Source: Amoeboaphelidium protococcarum X5 (Eukaryota > Fungi > Aphelidiomycota). Taken from it: a DNA stretch of 64,000 bases. Position numbers and translations under genes: made by a program. Shown here piece by piece: positions 25,289 to 41,400 of this stretch (positions are counted from its first letter, which is position 1; each line of letters begins with the position of its first letter). Location of the stretch: NCBI GenBank assembly GCA_023515725.1, contig JALDTO010000208.1, positions 435,868-499,867 of the forward strand, read 5' to 3'. The notes beneath the pieces were generated by a model, which ran no database searches, had not been told where the DNA came from, and saw nothing but the letters and a program-made list of their open reading frames with translations.

Positions 25289-26790
25289 TTTTACGCGTCC
25301 TGGTTAGTGTAAATCAAGAAATTTGACAATCACACACTATATGTGAAAAAGAGAGTTTGTAAAACAGCTTGGAAGAAATTTTAAAACTATTCTGAGCAAA
25401 TATATTTTTTAATTATACTAGGATGTTTACGCAAGAGACTGTCAGTGTACAAGTGAATGAGTGGGTGCATAGTACAGTTGATCAAATGACTAAATGTGAA
25501 GTGAAACGAATCACCAATCACAAAGTGGTCGGATGTTTTGTCCACACACGCTTGGAAAGCAACGGATGGAAGAAATGTCAGCCGATCTTATTCAATTCGT
25601 CGTCTGTCTTCCTAGAAAGTCGCTTCAAACTTTAAATCGATCGTGAATACAATTAATCTGAAACCATGCCACCCGATTTTTGTTGAAGATAATAGACCAA
25701 ATCTGTTATTAGGCAACCAGGTTCAAGTGAACTGATGTCATGAATAGATTGGATCTTTAATGAAGGCCTTTTTTTAAAAGATGAGATATATATAGTTATA
25801 TGTATAATGCTTTGTAGTATTACTTCTTGATAGTAGCTTCAACTCGGAAAGGAAATTTGGGAGTCGTGTGGTGTAAAGGTAGAGGAATTACGCGGTAAAA
25901 GATCTAAGCGACAGCTTCATAAGCTCTAGCTTATCCCGTTAGCCGCTTATGCCGGCTATCTAGATCTTTAAGTCGTTTGGTGTTGGATTTTCTTAGTAAA
26001 TAATGCAGTGCTGTTATGCTTGGTATGTAAGCTCAATAAGAAAGAGAAGATTTGATAAAGTAAGATCTGTGTCACTATCAATGATCAGCCTATTATAATA
26101 GGCTTTTCTAACTACATTGTTACCCGGGTAATCAGTTTGGGTAAAATAACACAACCCATATCATAACATTTGGGTATTAAATGAAAGAATATGCCGTCTC
26201 CCTTCTAATACGTCGGATGACCCTCAGTCAAGTCATCGTGTTGAATCAAAAGCTGGCAACAGTTCCTAGTCCTCTCGTGTCCCCGAACAGATTGATGGTA
26301 CCTTTTCTCCTACGCGCTATGAAAAACCCTCAGATTAAACATTTGGTTAAGTACAGCTATGGTTTCTACTTTCTCTGCTCCTCCCGCCTGCTCTGGCGTA
26401 GCTGCAAATTCTGTATGTTGCTGGTTGCCGTCTTGGCGCGCGTCAACTCAAGTAGTTGGTTAAGTTCATTAATGTCCGTGCGCTTACGCTCTGTTGATTT
26501 TGCTGATAACTTTCTTTTTAATGAAGCAGTCGAAGAAGAATCAGTATAGGAGGTGGATGCTGGCGAAGAGTTGATGGCGTGTCTGTCTGCCTGGACTGAA
26601 CTTGCTTAGGTGCATATGGAAGACGTTTCGCTGCATTAAAAGCATCATTTGCGACTGGTTGAGACGTTGGGACACCTGGAGCGCCTTTCTCTGTTGGATT
26701 TAAAGGCGTTTCAGAATTTTGTTCACTTTTAACCTTCACTAAACTACATACTCTTATAAACTCTTGCTATTTATACTCTTTGAACACGTA

Positions 26791-27885
26791 ATGGAGCATT
26801 CAAAAACTTCAATCAGGTCTAAAAACATGTCATAAAGTGATAAGGACGTGTTGGAACGGATGAAACAAGGCAGGTATACCATTAAAGCCATGTCTGATGC
26901 AGTTGGTGTCACGGTGCACGCTGTGAAGAAATATTTTTATAGGAAAAAGATGAATGAAAATGTCGCTAATATCAATGATACTATAAAGAGAAAGCCTTTG
27001 GACAGGATGGTCACGTTGGCATAGCGTATTGTTACGAGATCTACGCGCACCTCTATACGTAACATTAGATCCAAGATTGGTGACTAACTTAACATCTAAT
27101 CACCTCCAATAAGTACAAGCTCCATATATTGTGGGCTGCTGAATGAAGAGATGGTAAGGAGAAAGTTGTAAAACAAGCCTTTGGTGAGTAAAGTCAATTA
27201 ACACCGTCGTGTTAGTTGGTGCACTCTAATCAAGGAGAAACTCCAACAGGATCCTGAATTTCTAAGCCGTATTATTGTAAGTGATGAAGTCACAGTCAGG
27301 CAGTTTGATGTTGGAAAGAAGGCATATGAATGGTAGCATACATCTGTTAATACTTTAGACTCCAACTATAATTCTCGGAAGTAGCAAGGTGGTATCAGCG
27401 TAATGTTTTTTGGTGCAACGTCAAAAGATGGATTTGGATCCCTTGTCTCGCTTGAAGGCTCCCAAAATGCCGAGACTGATAAGAAAACTGTATATCATCA
27501 TGTTATTGCCTACCTCTAGGAGTTGGAGATGAATTCCGGTCGTAGTTATATCTTTTGATAAGACAATGCACCGTGTCACACGGCAAAGACTGTTAAAGAA
27601 TTAATGGCCAACAATTACATCAACTTATTGGAAGTAGAGCTTGGTGCTAAGAGGAAATGGCCTGCAGCTAGTCCGGACCTAAGTCCTATTGAGAATGCAT
27701 GGGCGATTTGTAAGTAACAAAGGCAGAGCAGGTATGGAATACCTAAATCACGTCAAGACCTTGTATAACGGTTCCAAACTGTATGGTGTGACTTACCTTC
27801 TTCTCTTGCTGCGAAGCTGATAAATTCAATGGAGAATAAAATTGAATAATGCTTCAAATCAAAAGGCAGGCCAATTAATTATTGA
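26791..27885 (+). mobile_element. Tc1/mariner-superfamily (IS630-Tc1) transposase with one premature TGA; DD42E spacing
   Basis: HTH-like N-terminus, KPLVSKVNQHRRVSWC, IIVSDE, SVMFFG, YIF*QDNAPCH (TGA 27556-27558), WPAASPDLSPIENAW, C-terminal KGRPINY. No TIRs found by eye. Confidence 0.9.
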
Positions 27886-28662
27886 ATTCTATTGTAACTT
27901 GTAATATATTGAATTTTATTACAACCAGTTTACCTTGTTGAGCTGCTCTACGTCGACAGGAACTGAACCTTTTGGTCGGCATGTCCGGGGCGTTGCTGTA
28001 TATTCCTTTTGGCTATAGCCAATTGACAGTGATAAGAAAGCTCCTCTGGAAGAGTCAAATATTGCTGTGTTCTCGGATAAAAGTGAATTGAGTGTGTTAT
28101 GTAGATTACATTATTATTATAGTTAAAGTAACTGTCCGGACTACTGGCGGACGATCCTAGAAGAGACGAGAAATTAGTATAACTGTAGCGCGTCACTGCG
28201 TACCTAGAGGCTAATCTGATCTTTGTTGAACTTGGCCATTAATTCTTTTAATTGAAAAACTTTATACTACTAGAATGGATGTTACGCGAATGATATCACC
28301 ATCAATTGCTTAAAACGGGAAATTTCATTATCGCAAGAGAGTATTTTGATAAGATTAAAACATGACTTTTCAAGAGCTAGTAACGAACATTCTGAAGTAT
28401 ATACCAGGAAGTATCCCTAAAAGGTCAGAATTTTTAGATGCACAGAAGGAGATGAATGATCCAGTCTTCCGGAGGAGTGCCGCATTGCAATACTAACTCT
28501 CCCGCGGACTCACCGTTTACATTATAGTGATGAAACAGAGGATGATGCAGAAATTTGATTTCAGAGCCAAATTTAGCCAAGCGAGTGATTGGTGAATATC
28601 AGACCAGCGGAAGAAACGACAGCCGGTGTCAAAGTCTTCATTCATCCCTTAAGTTGTCAAAA

Positions 28663-28686
28663 GTCTGTCTGTCTGTCTGTCTGTCT
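28663..28686. repeat. (GTCT)6 microsatellite
   Basis: Directly visible upstream of the lipase gene. Confidence 0.9.
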
Positions 28687-28846
28687 GCAAACTGGTGCGA
28701 TTGAAAGTTTCCTCAAATTACGCACCAGAATTATTGATCGGCAGCCGATTTCAATTAATCTGAAACCAGCCACCGGATTTCTTTCTTTGGTATTCGACTG
28801 TTGTAATTTAGCTCGCATTAACATTAATATTTGACTGCAGTACAAT

Positions 28847-31800
28847 ATGGATTTAGATGATGTTGATTTGGAGCCACTGGACTTTAACATTCTCTTTCAG
28901 TAGAAGAAGACAACTCATAATGATAGTTATAAGGAATTGATGCGCATTAATAGAGACTAGAGTTAGACCTATTAATCATCCGTAGTTTGCAAGTCTGCCG
29001 ATGCCGCGGTCAAACATGTCTTACCGAGGCCAGTTGCAAAGACAGTGTCTGCCCTGGCACGGTTGTCTCATTCATCACTGTCTCTGGTGGACAAGTTTTG
29101 CTGGGTATGGTTCAAGTCTGTGGTTGGTGGCACAAGTCTGGCATTTGATACGCTCATCTTTCTTCTCTACGTATTGGACAGAATATCTAATAACACTCTC
29201 GGCACATTTAATCCATTCTCATATGGTGGTGGTAGTGGTAGCGAGGCACAACAATCCTTGATGTAAATGCTTAGTGGTGCCTCTTAGTGGACTAAACTTA
29301 TGGTACTTTCCTGTATCTAGTGGTGGTATTATTTCACATTTAACTCGATACGGGCTGCTGATGATATTCTGCTCCTACTCAACAGCGTGTTTGGTCATAC
29401 AGACACGAGCAGAGCGCTTAGTTCATTTCTTGCTCTGGTTGATCATGAGCTCAGGTTTCCCACTAACGTCAAGCAGTTGGTGGATCAATCTTCAGCTGAT
29501 TCGAATGCTCTCATGTCGTCTGCTCTTACATTGAATACGTTACGCAACAGAATACACAATCCCAGTCAGTTTAAGGCCGAGGGATATACGATGTTGAGTG
29601 TTGGTATCGTTAAGTCTTTGCGATCTTTTCTGAAATATTGCCAATGGTAAAAGTAGAGGTCCCGGCAGCTGTATTTGGGATCCGATCCTGAAGTTGTATT
29701 CAGTGTCGTGTTGAATGATGAAGCTTCAAGTAAGGCTTACACGTCTAAAGCAACTGACGGTGAGTAGATTGATATTTTACTGCATGGAGTACAAGATTAT
29801 CTGAAATCTGGTGGTGGTGGTGATGATGATGACCAAGATACAGATGAAGATAATACTGCTGGCGATAAAGAGTCTACTTAGGTATATGAAGATGATGATG
29901 TTGAGCAGCCTGACATCGCACAAAAGAACCAAAAGCATCATAATTTCAACAGTGGTGGTGTAGATGATGAGTTTCTGTCAGCTAGGAAGTATCAGACTTT
30001 GCCGGCACGCAATAGATTGAGTGCTTTAGAGATTCTTAATGGCAACTCTGATGATAAGAACACGTACGAAATACATTGGGATCAGAGAAGCGCGCATTCA
30101 ATGGCTTCATCATACGCCACGCTGCCGTCCAAAATCATATCGTAACATGGTAATAGACGTTCTCCTGTTGAGCGATATTCCATGCCAGTGACCAATGTAG
30201 ATTTTGGCATCAGTGAAAGTGAATCTGATGTATTAAGTCCTTAACTATTAGACGGAGGTCTGAATGAGAAAGGCTTCTTTGTTGCGGATGAGGATGATGA
30301 AGAAAGCGTGTAAGCTAATGATGACGGCAGATAATCAAGATTTGAACCGTACCATGAAAGTGCCGAGGAACTCTTGGAGAATCTTACCCACTTTTCTAAG
30401 TATGCAACAGCAGCATACGGTAGGCGCTTTATGAAGTTGATGGGTATTGCTGATTATCCAAGTGCATCCACATATTCCAACTCTGACACTGAATCAATGA
30501 TTGCGTCCTCTCTCTCTTCAACGGCCACTGCTGCCCTGGTTGGCAATCCGATTGTTGATTCTGATGGACGTACACACCATTCGAAGGATGTGATATTTGC
30601 CTGGCATTGTGGATTGGAACTGGAGGAGATTGTGTCTTCGTCTTTCTACCTGAATTCGTCCACAATGGGCAAGAAGTTTGAGTTTTATGATGATCTTTTG
30701 CAGAGTGAAATTCCTGGCGGTGTCAAAGATGAGAATGTAGATTTTTCTGCACAAGCTGAGAGTTAGTTTACTCAGCCCGTAATGAAGAATCTTCCGGAAT
30801 ATTTCATATCGTACAATCACGGAGCAAAGGCTATTGTTGTCACTATCCGCGGTACATTGACGTTGAATGATCTGCTTACCAACTTGGGCTGCGAGTACCA
30901 GCGAGTCAGAGTGGGATAAGATACTGAGGGATTCGTGCATGGTGGAATGTGGAGACGGGCAAAATCGCTTGCAGATCAGAGTGGGAAGATGCATAAAGTT
31001 GTCAAGAGGGCACTGGAGCAGCATCCAGCTTATGGTGTTATTCTGGTCGGACATAGTCTTGGTGCTGGTGTAGCGTGTATGGTCGGCTTGATATGGTCTA
31101 ATCTCAGCGGTGGTAATGACGGAGGCTTCAACCAGAGTAGTGGCTAATCTCACTTTGAAACTTCAATTGATTCTGGACTTCCGCCTGGTAGAAGATTGCA
31201 TGTGTACGCGTATGGTCCTCCGTGTACAATGTCACTGGAGTTGAGTCAAGTCGTTAAGGGATTGGTGACTAGTGTAATTCACGGTGATGATTTCACTAGC
31301 AGTCTTTGTCTTGGAAGTATATTGGACATTCGGGATCTTGTTGTATCACATTCGGTGCTGGAAGAAGATGCGTCATTTACTCCTACACCCCATGAATAGT
31401 GTCAACAAGATTATTGTCCATAAGATTCAACTTTGGTATATGATGAAGCTGCGACTCCGACGTAATCTCGGCCTTTCTCCTCTTCAGTGGCTCATAATGA
31501 TAATGAGCATCCGTCTGAATCTCCATTAACGGTATCATTTCTACAGAATGCTTACAACAGGTTGCGTTCGTAGCTTCCATTTGCTTCTAAATAAGAATCT
31601 TCGTCTGGTGTGAATGATACGTAATCTAACGATAATTAGGTTGACCAAAGATCGAGTGATATATTTGAAATGATAAGTTCGCGCCTCCATTATCTTAAGC
31701 TCTATCCTGCTGGTGATGTGTACAAGCTTTGGTCTGAAAAGATTGAATAAGCTTCTGTTAATACCAAGCCTGATGCTGATCCCTTAATAAACACTTCCAC

Positions 31801-31996
31801 TAAATTTGTGCCTAGTTCTACTTTCAATACGTCTTCAGCACCTAATGGTGACAGAATGAAAGTTAACCTGGTCAAGATCAATGATATTGAAAGTATGTTC
31901 TCATAGGTAAAGTTTACTGACAGCATGATGTTGGATCATTCGCCCGGTAGATACGAGTCTCTTTTACAAGCATTATCATAAACTGTCTTACAATGA
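28847..31996 (+). CDS. Class 3 lipase (sn1-diacylglycerol lipase-like)
   Basis: FSKYATAAYG, IVVTIRGTLTLNDLLT, VHGGM, LVGHSLGAG, HVYAYGPP, SVIHGDD, MMLDHSPGRYE. Single frame to TGA 31994-31996. Confidence 0.9.
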
Positions 31997-32071
31997 CTTA
32001 AAATTGGTATATTCAGATTAATAAGTGATTACAACGTACCTGTATAAAGTAAATGCTTTAATTATGATTTC

Positions 32072-33580
32072 TCACTACTTAGGCTTAATTAAAGCTTGCA
32101 GAGGACGTGTCCAAGAGTAACTTTGCATTTACACCAATCTGGACATGGCTCGTCTGAATGCAAAAATCTCTTCTTACGCCGTGGAGTCTTTAAAATCGTC
32201 TCCGAACATTTACGTGTTAAACAAAACTTTAACATCTTCAACTCTATCCGAGTGACCGACTAGAACACATTATGCCTCGTATGCACAATCCACAAATGTG
32301 ATAAATCGTCGAATCTAATCTCTACTTATAACATCATTTATGGCAGTACTATTGCCACCCGACTTTTGACGCGTGCCATGAGGATTCATCAAATATGACA
32401 GATCGAGGTACGGAATATCGCGCACAAAGATAATCTTGTACTTTGATGTAATCTCTATATACTCTGATGAGGACCAATTTGAGAGACAGAGTTCATTGAA
32501 TGAAAAATGAGCTAGTCTTAACTATTGACTCTAAGCAGGAACTGATACAGGTCGACTCCATACAGAAAGTTCAGATGGCGTGAGCTGAGCGTCTCCATTC
32601 TTCTAAATGACCAACTGGAGCAAATTTAGAAAATCTTATCGCTTTTTAAACCATACAGATCCATTCCATGTACTTATTGCAGCTCCATCGATACTATTGC
32701 CTTTTTACCCGGCAGATGCTAGAGTATTTCCATTGTTATCAGAAGAGTCAATGTTCTAATCTTGTATAGATCGATAATCTAAATCTCCATCCAGATTAAT
32801 TATTTGATTAACATTCTTAATCATCTCAATACATGGGAGGAAACTTTATCGCTAGATACCATTCTTATATAAATCATCCGGGTGTCTATTTGACGTGTAT
32901 ACAATGACTGTACCATGTCGACGATAGGTCTTTAATAGATCATGCAAAATCATGGCATCAGCAATGTCAGTCACTTGGAACTCATCCAAAAACAACAATT
33001 TCAGTCCCTTATCGTGCAATCTACTAATCAAGGCATCATTTTTATTGTTTTGAAATTTCCTCCTTCTGTGATGTCGATCTTGATGCACAGATTGCATAAA
33101 GGCGTGATAATGCACTCGTTTAATTACTTGCTAGTGTTACGACTGCACATCAGCGTGATCATGTCCACCTTCTGACTCAATTAGTGACTGATGTAACATA
33201 TTCATCAGCATAGTCTTTCCGGAACCAACACTACCGTAAATGTATAAACCTTGAGGGACAGTATCAACATCTTATCCACTGGAGGTGGACGACGTCGACT
33301 ATAACCCACCGAGCACTCGGGAGAACCATGAGGAGGATTTGGAATCTTAACGCATAGTCTATGGCGAGTGAATATAGCGCTAATACTTGAGAAAAGCATT
33401 CTGTAATTACTCTACACATTGCAATTGATTATCATCTCGTCTGAGAACACCACCGGCCACCAGTTCTTTATACTTCAGAAGAGGCCCGGTCTCTTTGGCA
33501 TAACTTTGAAATCTACTGACTCTAATGAAAGAGCAATTGAGGGAATACTACAGATAACTGCGAGATATCATTATGGTCAT
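32072..33580 (-). CDS. AFG1: AFG1/LACE1 (ZapE-family) mitochondrial ATPase
   Basis: GLYIYGSVGSGKTMLM, RVHYHAFM, LFLDEFQVTDIADAMIL, TSNRHPDDLYKNGIQR, RRFITFVDCAYE, EEIFAFRRAMSRL. Confidence 0.95.
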
Positions 33581-33878
33581 AATAGGGAAGGACTACTGTA
33601 GACTGGCAAATTTCTTTAAGAAGGACAGATCTACTGTATCTCCGAGAGATCTTCGATTCTTCCCAAAGCGGAAACGAAATAAAATCTTGTTTCACTTACG
33701 CCCGATTGATCGTTTTTGTTTCTTCCCAATCACTCTTCTATGGCTTTGACTCCTTTGTATACTGCACTGCTATAGATTTTTATAATTACTTAACTTGGAC
33801 TCTATATTGCTGTTTATTTCAATTTATTGATTTGTGTACCTGGACTTTGTGGAGTTAAGATTTTAACTATCAAAGATC

Positions 33879-35474
33879 ATGATAAATCGAGCGAATATCT
33901 ATATTGCGATTGGGATTATGTTGCGCTTGTATAATATGATGGGAAGTGGTATAGTGCATCCTGATGAATATGTGTAGTCCCTGGAGCCACTGTATAAGTA
34001 GCTGTGTCCTTCTCCTCAAATTAAGTACGAACTGGCTTGGGAATACGGTTCAAGTAATCCTGCGCGATCGTTAATTGGATGGTGGGCACTATTCTATCCG
34101 GTGAGAAGTATCTTCTGCTAATGGAACCCTAACACGACAATGCGTATGGTGATGTTTGTTCTATCGCTCTTTAATGACTATCTACTATTTGTCTATATTC
34201 TTGGATCTATACAGATTTAAGTGCGTCGCCGTTTGTATGTGTGGTATGTATTCTCTCTGTCGAGTCTCTTGCTCTCAACAAAGACGTTTTCTAATACACT
34301 AGAATAGCTTCTTCTCACTTTGCTTATTGCGCTCTTACAGATAGCTTCTGGTGGGTAATAGAATAAATAAGGTCTGAAGAATATCAGATTGTTCACTATT
34401 GCGTTTCTAGCTGTATTTGGTACTTTCATTAGAATATCATTTCCTATATTTGCAGCCGTGCCAATTTTGTAGTACGTTATCATCCCACTGTTGTCATCCA
34501 AATTGAGTCCCTTGACCATTGTGATTAAACTATTGGCAATGATTAGTGGTGCATTGCTTGGTCTAACGGTATGTGTTGGCTTTGATTCTGCGTATTATTC
34601 TGCTTCAAGTCACGTTGTCTTTACTCCACTGAACAATATCCTTTATAATTCTAGTCATGATAATCTCTCCCTACATGGCATTCATCCGCAATATCTTCAT
34701 TTAATTAATTTGGTTATGTTATTTGGTCCTCTTGCTGTGACTTTTATTGAATGTCTAATAGGTGCTTTTCGCTATGGGCACTTAAGAACTTGGCGGCTCT
34801 ATCTCTCATTGGCTTGTTTTGTGTTTCCCCTCCTTGTTCTATCTCTAATACCTCATTAGGAGATGCGATTTCTTTAGCCATTGTCTACTCCGATTGTGGT
34901 ATTCTGTGCTTAGTATAATCTATCATCGTTTTCTGGTGGTCGAAGCAGTCTCATATAAGTGTCAAGATATTTGAAAACTGCACTTGTTATAGTGTCTATA
35001 TTTGGATCTATTGTCATGGCGCATTTTCACTAGGCCGGCATTATATCATATATGCACCATCTTTCATAAAGCTCTTCTGTATCATCACCTGGTAGTTGCT
35101 TTGCTTTCTACAAAACTTACCCTCCTCTTCACTCTGTTTATTATGCATCATTTAATGATAGTTAGCAAGCACCGGAAAATGGTGACACTACTCAGATTCA
35201 TCATTTATCTGGTTATAGCTGGGAGCAAGTCATGGAATATCTCAATGATGAATAGCATCGTTAGTGTAAATTGATTGCTCCGTCATTCTATCATCTTGAG
35301 AAGAGCATGCAGAATGGGTAGACTGGAAGATTTAAATTAAAACCGGAGGGAGTGTGTTCATAACAGACACACCTCTCACTGGATGATATTCCGATATTGA
35401 TTGAATCAGTAAGAGATTGTCAAGAGGGATTCAGTCAGTCATTTCGCCTCAACATTTACTCCGTTGATGATTGA
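33879..35474 (+). CDS. SMP3: GPI mannosyltransferase 4 (Smp3/PIG-Z, GT22)
   Basis: VHPDEYV(TAG=Q)SLE, AWEY...PARS, TKTFSNTLE, TPLNNILYNSSHDNLSLHGIHP, SLIPH(TAG=Q)EMRFL, FH(TAG=Q)AGII. Confidence 0.88.
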
Positions 35475-35559
35475 AAAAGATATTATATGCTCATCCATAA
35501 TAGACATAAATCATGATGAAATAAATCACTTCTAAATAAAATTAAAATAAATATATAAT

Positions 35560-37062
<1,503 letters not shown>

Positions 37063-37397
37063 TAAATCTTAATAATGATACTAGAGAAGTTTCGAGCAAA
37101 TTAAAATGAAAATAAGGCTTCAATGTGAGAAGCACTAATTACTTATCGCTGAATAATCAGTAAATAAGACGTACGTACAGATAGGATAGAGACAGACCAC
37201 CTGCGTGAAGTAAAGGTGAGCGATAAAGCGAAACGATCTCGCTCGCAGAGAGTCAAGTTAAGGCAAAGGCGATCGCGACGCGTCAGACTCCTATTAGGGG
37301 ATGATTAAAAATGAATCGACACACTGATCTAGATAAATAATGATAAATAAAATCCTAAGTGATACACAAAGATATAACCAGTCATCATATATATATT

Positions 37398-38272
37398 TCA
37401 TTCTAAGTACTTTTACTCCAGAAACTAAGCGCCTAAGGGAACTTGACTAGACAGAGAGAGCGTAACTTTTCTAAATTTTCCCTTCCCTTGCAATACATCC
37501 GAACTATCTTCATCATCAATTGACAATCGTTACCTCTTTAATTATGGACAGTCTAAGCTTATAACATCACGCTGATAATTGGCACTTTACGCATTGGTAG
37601 ACTGCACTTCACGCGATGTCTCTCCTGAACAACTAGTCACATCTTCGCAGGTATTTCTGCAACTCTAAACTTTAATGTCCCAATACTTATCCTTCAACCA
37701 TTAGAGACACTCGTACATTGCGCGTTCTAGCGTGACAAGTGGCGGCAGATCAGCATGTGTAGCAGAGTGTCGAAGATCAACAATGTACTTGGGGAGTTGT
37801 AGGACGCCAGATGCTAGAGAGTAAATTGATGTCACATATTTCTGATTTTAATTCTAATCAGAAAGTCCATTCAGAAAGCGGATTATAGTCATAGAGTAAA
37901 GCATTCTCCGCGCGGAGTCATTGCTATCACTACCATCCCGTGTGGTAGATTTACCGCATCTTTCGCTGCTAATCGCGTCTAGCAGAGCAGATAGAAAATC
38001 GTGAGTAGATTGTACTGCTAGAGGAATTCTACCTCGTAATTGCCAGATATGTAACTACACACACTAATATGCAGCAAAATTTCAAAATCAAAATCATATA
38101 TCATATGCAATAGGTAGCGACTTACTCTTCGTAGACCTTTTCCAATATCTTTACTATGGTGTGATAATCGTTTGCGCGTAATCACTTTACCATCAACTCC
38201 CTGGGGAAATAGCTGCTAATAGACTGATATAAATTCCGCTGAATCTCTCCATGGCACTATTTTAAATTTCAT
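37398..38272 (-). CDS. LAS1: Las1 pre-rRNA endonuclease (HEPN), one intron (~38055-38125)
   Basis: IVPWRDSAEF, WQLRGRIPLAVQST, YSMTIIRFLNGLSD, LPKYIVDLRHSATHADLP (HEPN RHxxTH), WLKDKYW. Confidence 0.9.
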
Positions 38273-38432
38273 TATTTCTACTAAGTGTACAAGCACTCAA
38301 AGAGTATTCTACTCGCTTAAATGTAAAAGAGATAAAAGCGGTCAGAGATCAACTCGAAAATATTAAAGAGTAAAGAAGCTTTCACAAAATGGTAGATTTT
38401 AAGCTTCATTAATTCAGGTTAATCTTCATTAA

Positions 38433-41400
38433 TCAGTTAGTATTCAAGTCCTGTTAAGCAACTAGATCATTGTACACCCCATTCTGGCTAATCAATTGTT
38501 CGTGAGTACCAGACTCGACTACTTTACCATCTTGTAAGACTATAATGCTATTGGCGTGTTTTATACTGGACAGGCGGTGAGCTATTGCAATAGTCGTGCG
38601 GCCTTCTGAAGCCTTGTCCAATGCATCTTGCACAATCTTCTCAGATTCACTGTCCAAGGCACTTGTTGCCTCATCAAGTAAGAGGACTTTAGGATTCAAC
38701 ACTAGACTTCTAGCTATGGCTATTCTCTACTTCTGACCACCACTCAATGAACCTCCCTTACCACCGACCATAGTTAAGTAGCCGTCTGGCATGCTCATGA
38801 TAAAGTCATGAATATTAGACTTCTTGGCAGCCTCCATAATCTACTCATCAGTCACCATCTCCGCCTCTGCGACTCCCAGACATATATTGTCCCGGATGGT
38901 GACATTAAACAATGATGGCTCTTAAGAGACTATAGACACAATACGCCTCATATCCTTCAAATCAACATTCTTAATCTCATGATCATCAAGCATGACCCTG
39001 CCTTACTGATAGTCGTAGAATCGCTCAATTAAACCAACCACTGTCGACTTGCCACTACCAGATGGACCACAGATAGCAGTTAGACCAGTAGCAGCACTGA
39101 AGTTTAAACCACGAAGGACTTGCAATCCGGGTCTGGTTGGATACTCAAATTGGACATCTTTAAATGTGATATTGCCTTAGATTCGATCTCTATCTAGTTT
39201 CTCACCAGCAGCAAACGAGTCAATCTTGGTTCTGCGCGCCAGAAGAGATAAGATATCCTTTGCATACAGAAGGGCAGTTGTCAGATTAGGCATCATTGAG
39301 AACACTCTACCACTGGCTTAGGCGGCAAAGATCACACTCATGAGCACAATAAACATCTGCTTAATGTCTAATCCTTCAAATATGAACAACCGCGTACCAT
39401 ACCAAAAAGCAAGAGCGTTCACCAAGAAATTTAAGCTCTAACTCACTGCATACCAAAAGGATCCGTATATAGCATGATGAACTCCAATACTAAGCGGCGT
39501 CTCCAGCTCTTTAGAGTACATTCGCATGACGTCCTTTTCACGAGTCAGTGACGCGATAGTCTTCATAGCAGCGACAGCTTCACAGGCAACTTGGGCACTC
39601 TTTTCATAATACTCTTTAGTAGCCTCATTGCCCTTTCTCAACATATCCACTCGCATTTTATTGGCCAGCACCAGGAGAGGCAGACAAGCAAACGTTACCA
39701 GACCCAACTTCCATTAGGTGACCAAAGCAATAATAGCTGTACCCAAGAAAGTGACGCCCAACTCAACGAATGAACCTAGGATAGTACCCGACATGTTCTG
39801 CACTTGCTATGCGCCAGATGATAGATTAGAAGTTAACGCTCCCACAGAGTTCTGCTCTTGATCAAACCACCCAATCTCTTACTGCAGCATTGCTTTGAAA
39901 GACAAATCACGAAGTCTAGTGGTCAGCTTCTCGCCAGCAAGACCAAAGTAATAGAACTTTAGAAAATTAGCAATCATGGAAGCCACTGCCACAATGAAGA
40001 ACATCAAAGCCCAAAAGTCCGCATCCTATCTCAACTTCGCACCTCTTTCGTAAAAGACTAGCAGAATATTACCAAAAATTAAAGCAAATAGCGGCTAGGT
40101 AGCTCCACTCAAAGTCGAACCAACTAGACCAAGCAATGAGAATTTCCATTCGGGCAAGTTAAGCTTTGAGATTTCATAAAATACTCTGTAAGAAGAGTAA
40201 TGAGCCGCTGCTTTGCTATCTTGGACTTGCTCCACAGTGAGCTTTTCCAGAGATGCATCTTTCTACTACGACTACTAGGCGATAATCACTTCATCGGGGT
40301 TCTATTGATTCTCGATAGCTTTCTAGTCTTTATTCGCAGTAACTTGCTACATCTGGACCAGCTACCGATAATAACCATTTGGAATCTCAGTCAATGATTT
40401 ATGAGTGCCCGTCTCAATCACGTCACCTTTACTCATAACCACAATCATGTCAGCATTCTTTACAGTTGACAATCTATGAGCGATAACGATGGTGGTACAA
40501 TCTTGAGACACACGTTCCAGAGCATCTTGAACAATTCGCTCACTAGCAGTGTCCAGCGCCGAGGTGGCCTCATCCAACAACAAGATTTTAGGCTTCTTGA
40601 TGATAGCTCTCGCGATAGCAATTCTTTGTTTCTAACCACCACTTAGCAGTAAGCCACGCTCACCAATTTCAGTGTTATACTAATTTGGCAGCTTCATGAT
40701 AAAGTTATGAGCATTTGCCTGCTTGCAAGCGTCCATGACCAACTCGAGCTTCTTTTCAGCCGAGGCATTCTCATGTTCAGAGCCAATAAGGCCATGCGCA
40801 ACATTAAAGACTATTGTCCCTTTAAACAGCACAGGCTCTTAAGTGACATAACCGACATTTCTACGCAAGAAAGATACATTCATCTCTTTGATATCGACAC
40901 CATCGAGTAAGATTTTGCCATCCACAGGATCATAAAATCTCTCAATCAGACCGACCAAGGATGATTTACCACTACCACTCTGGCCTACCAGTGCAACAGT
41001 TGTACCAGGCTCAATATTCAAGTTCATATTCTTAATTGCATAAGAGTCAGGACGTGTTGGATACTTAAATGATACATTCTAAACGTCAATTCGCCCCACA
41101 ACCTTATCCAAGACCTTGCCACTATCGCTTGAGGTGGAAATGACAGGATTACGGTCGATCGGTTCAAAAAGAGTAATACCAGCTCCAGCGGCAAAACCAA
41201 TGGCTTACAGCTCACCACTTGAACCTGCAACAGCAAAAGCACCAATAACAACAGAGAAGAAGCATGTCAAAATCTGTCCTGGAGTCAATTCTCCATTCGC
41301 CAACAGTGTTCCTCCATAATAGAACGCGAGACTGTAGGCGCCATAAATGATAAACTGAAAGAGTGCGAATACACCACCAATAGCTAACTATTTCTTAACA

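Noticed and set aside
25423-26739. Short ORFs upstream of the Tc1 transposase, with a faint ankyrin-like AAYAGYLDL and a divergent low-complexity ORF
   Set aside because: Multiple TGAs and frameshifts with no coherent family. Probably decayed sequence, and it cannot be tied to the transposon without TIRs.
28270-28560. Possible copia reverse-transcriptase remnant (REISLSQESILIRLK...MNDPVFRR)
   Set aside because: Similarity is too weak and fragmentary to support by eye.
30518-31153. 211-aa minus-strand ORF and similar long antisense ORFs (e.g. 17950-18477, 56434-56880)
   Set aside because: These are antisense shadows of well-supported genes (lipase, LLTP, ADE2) with no recognisable motifs.
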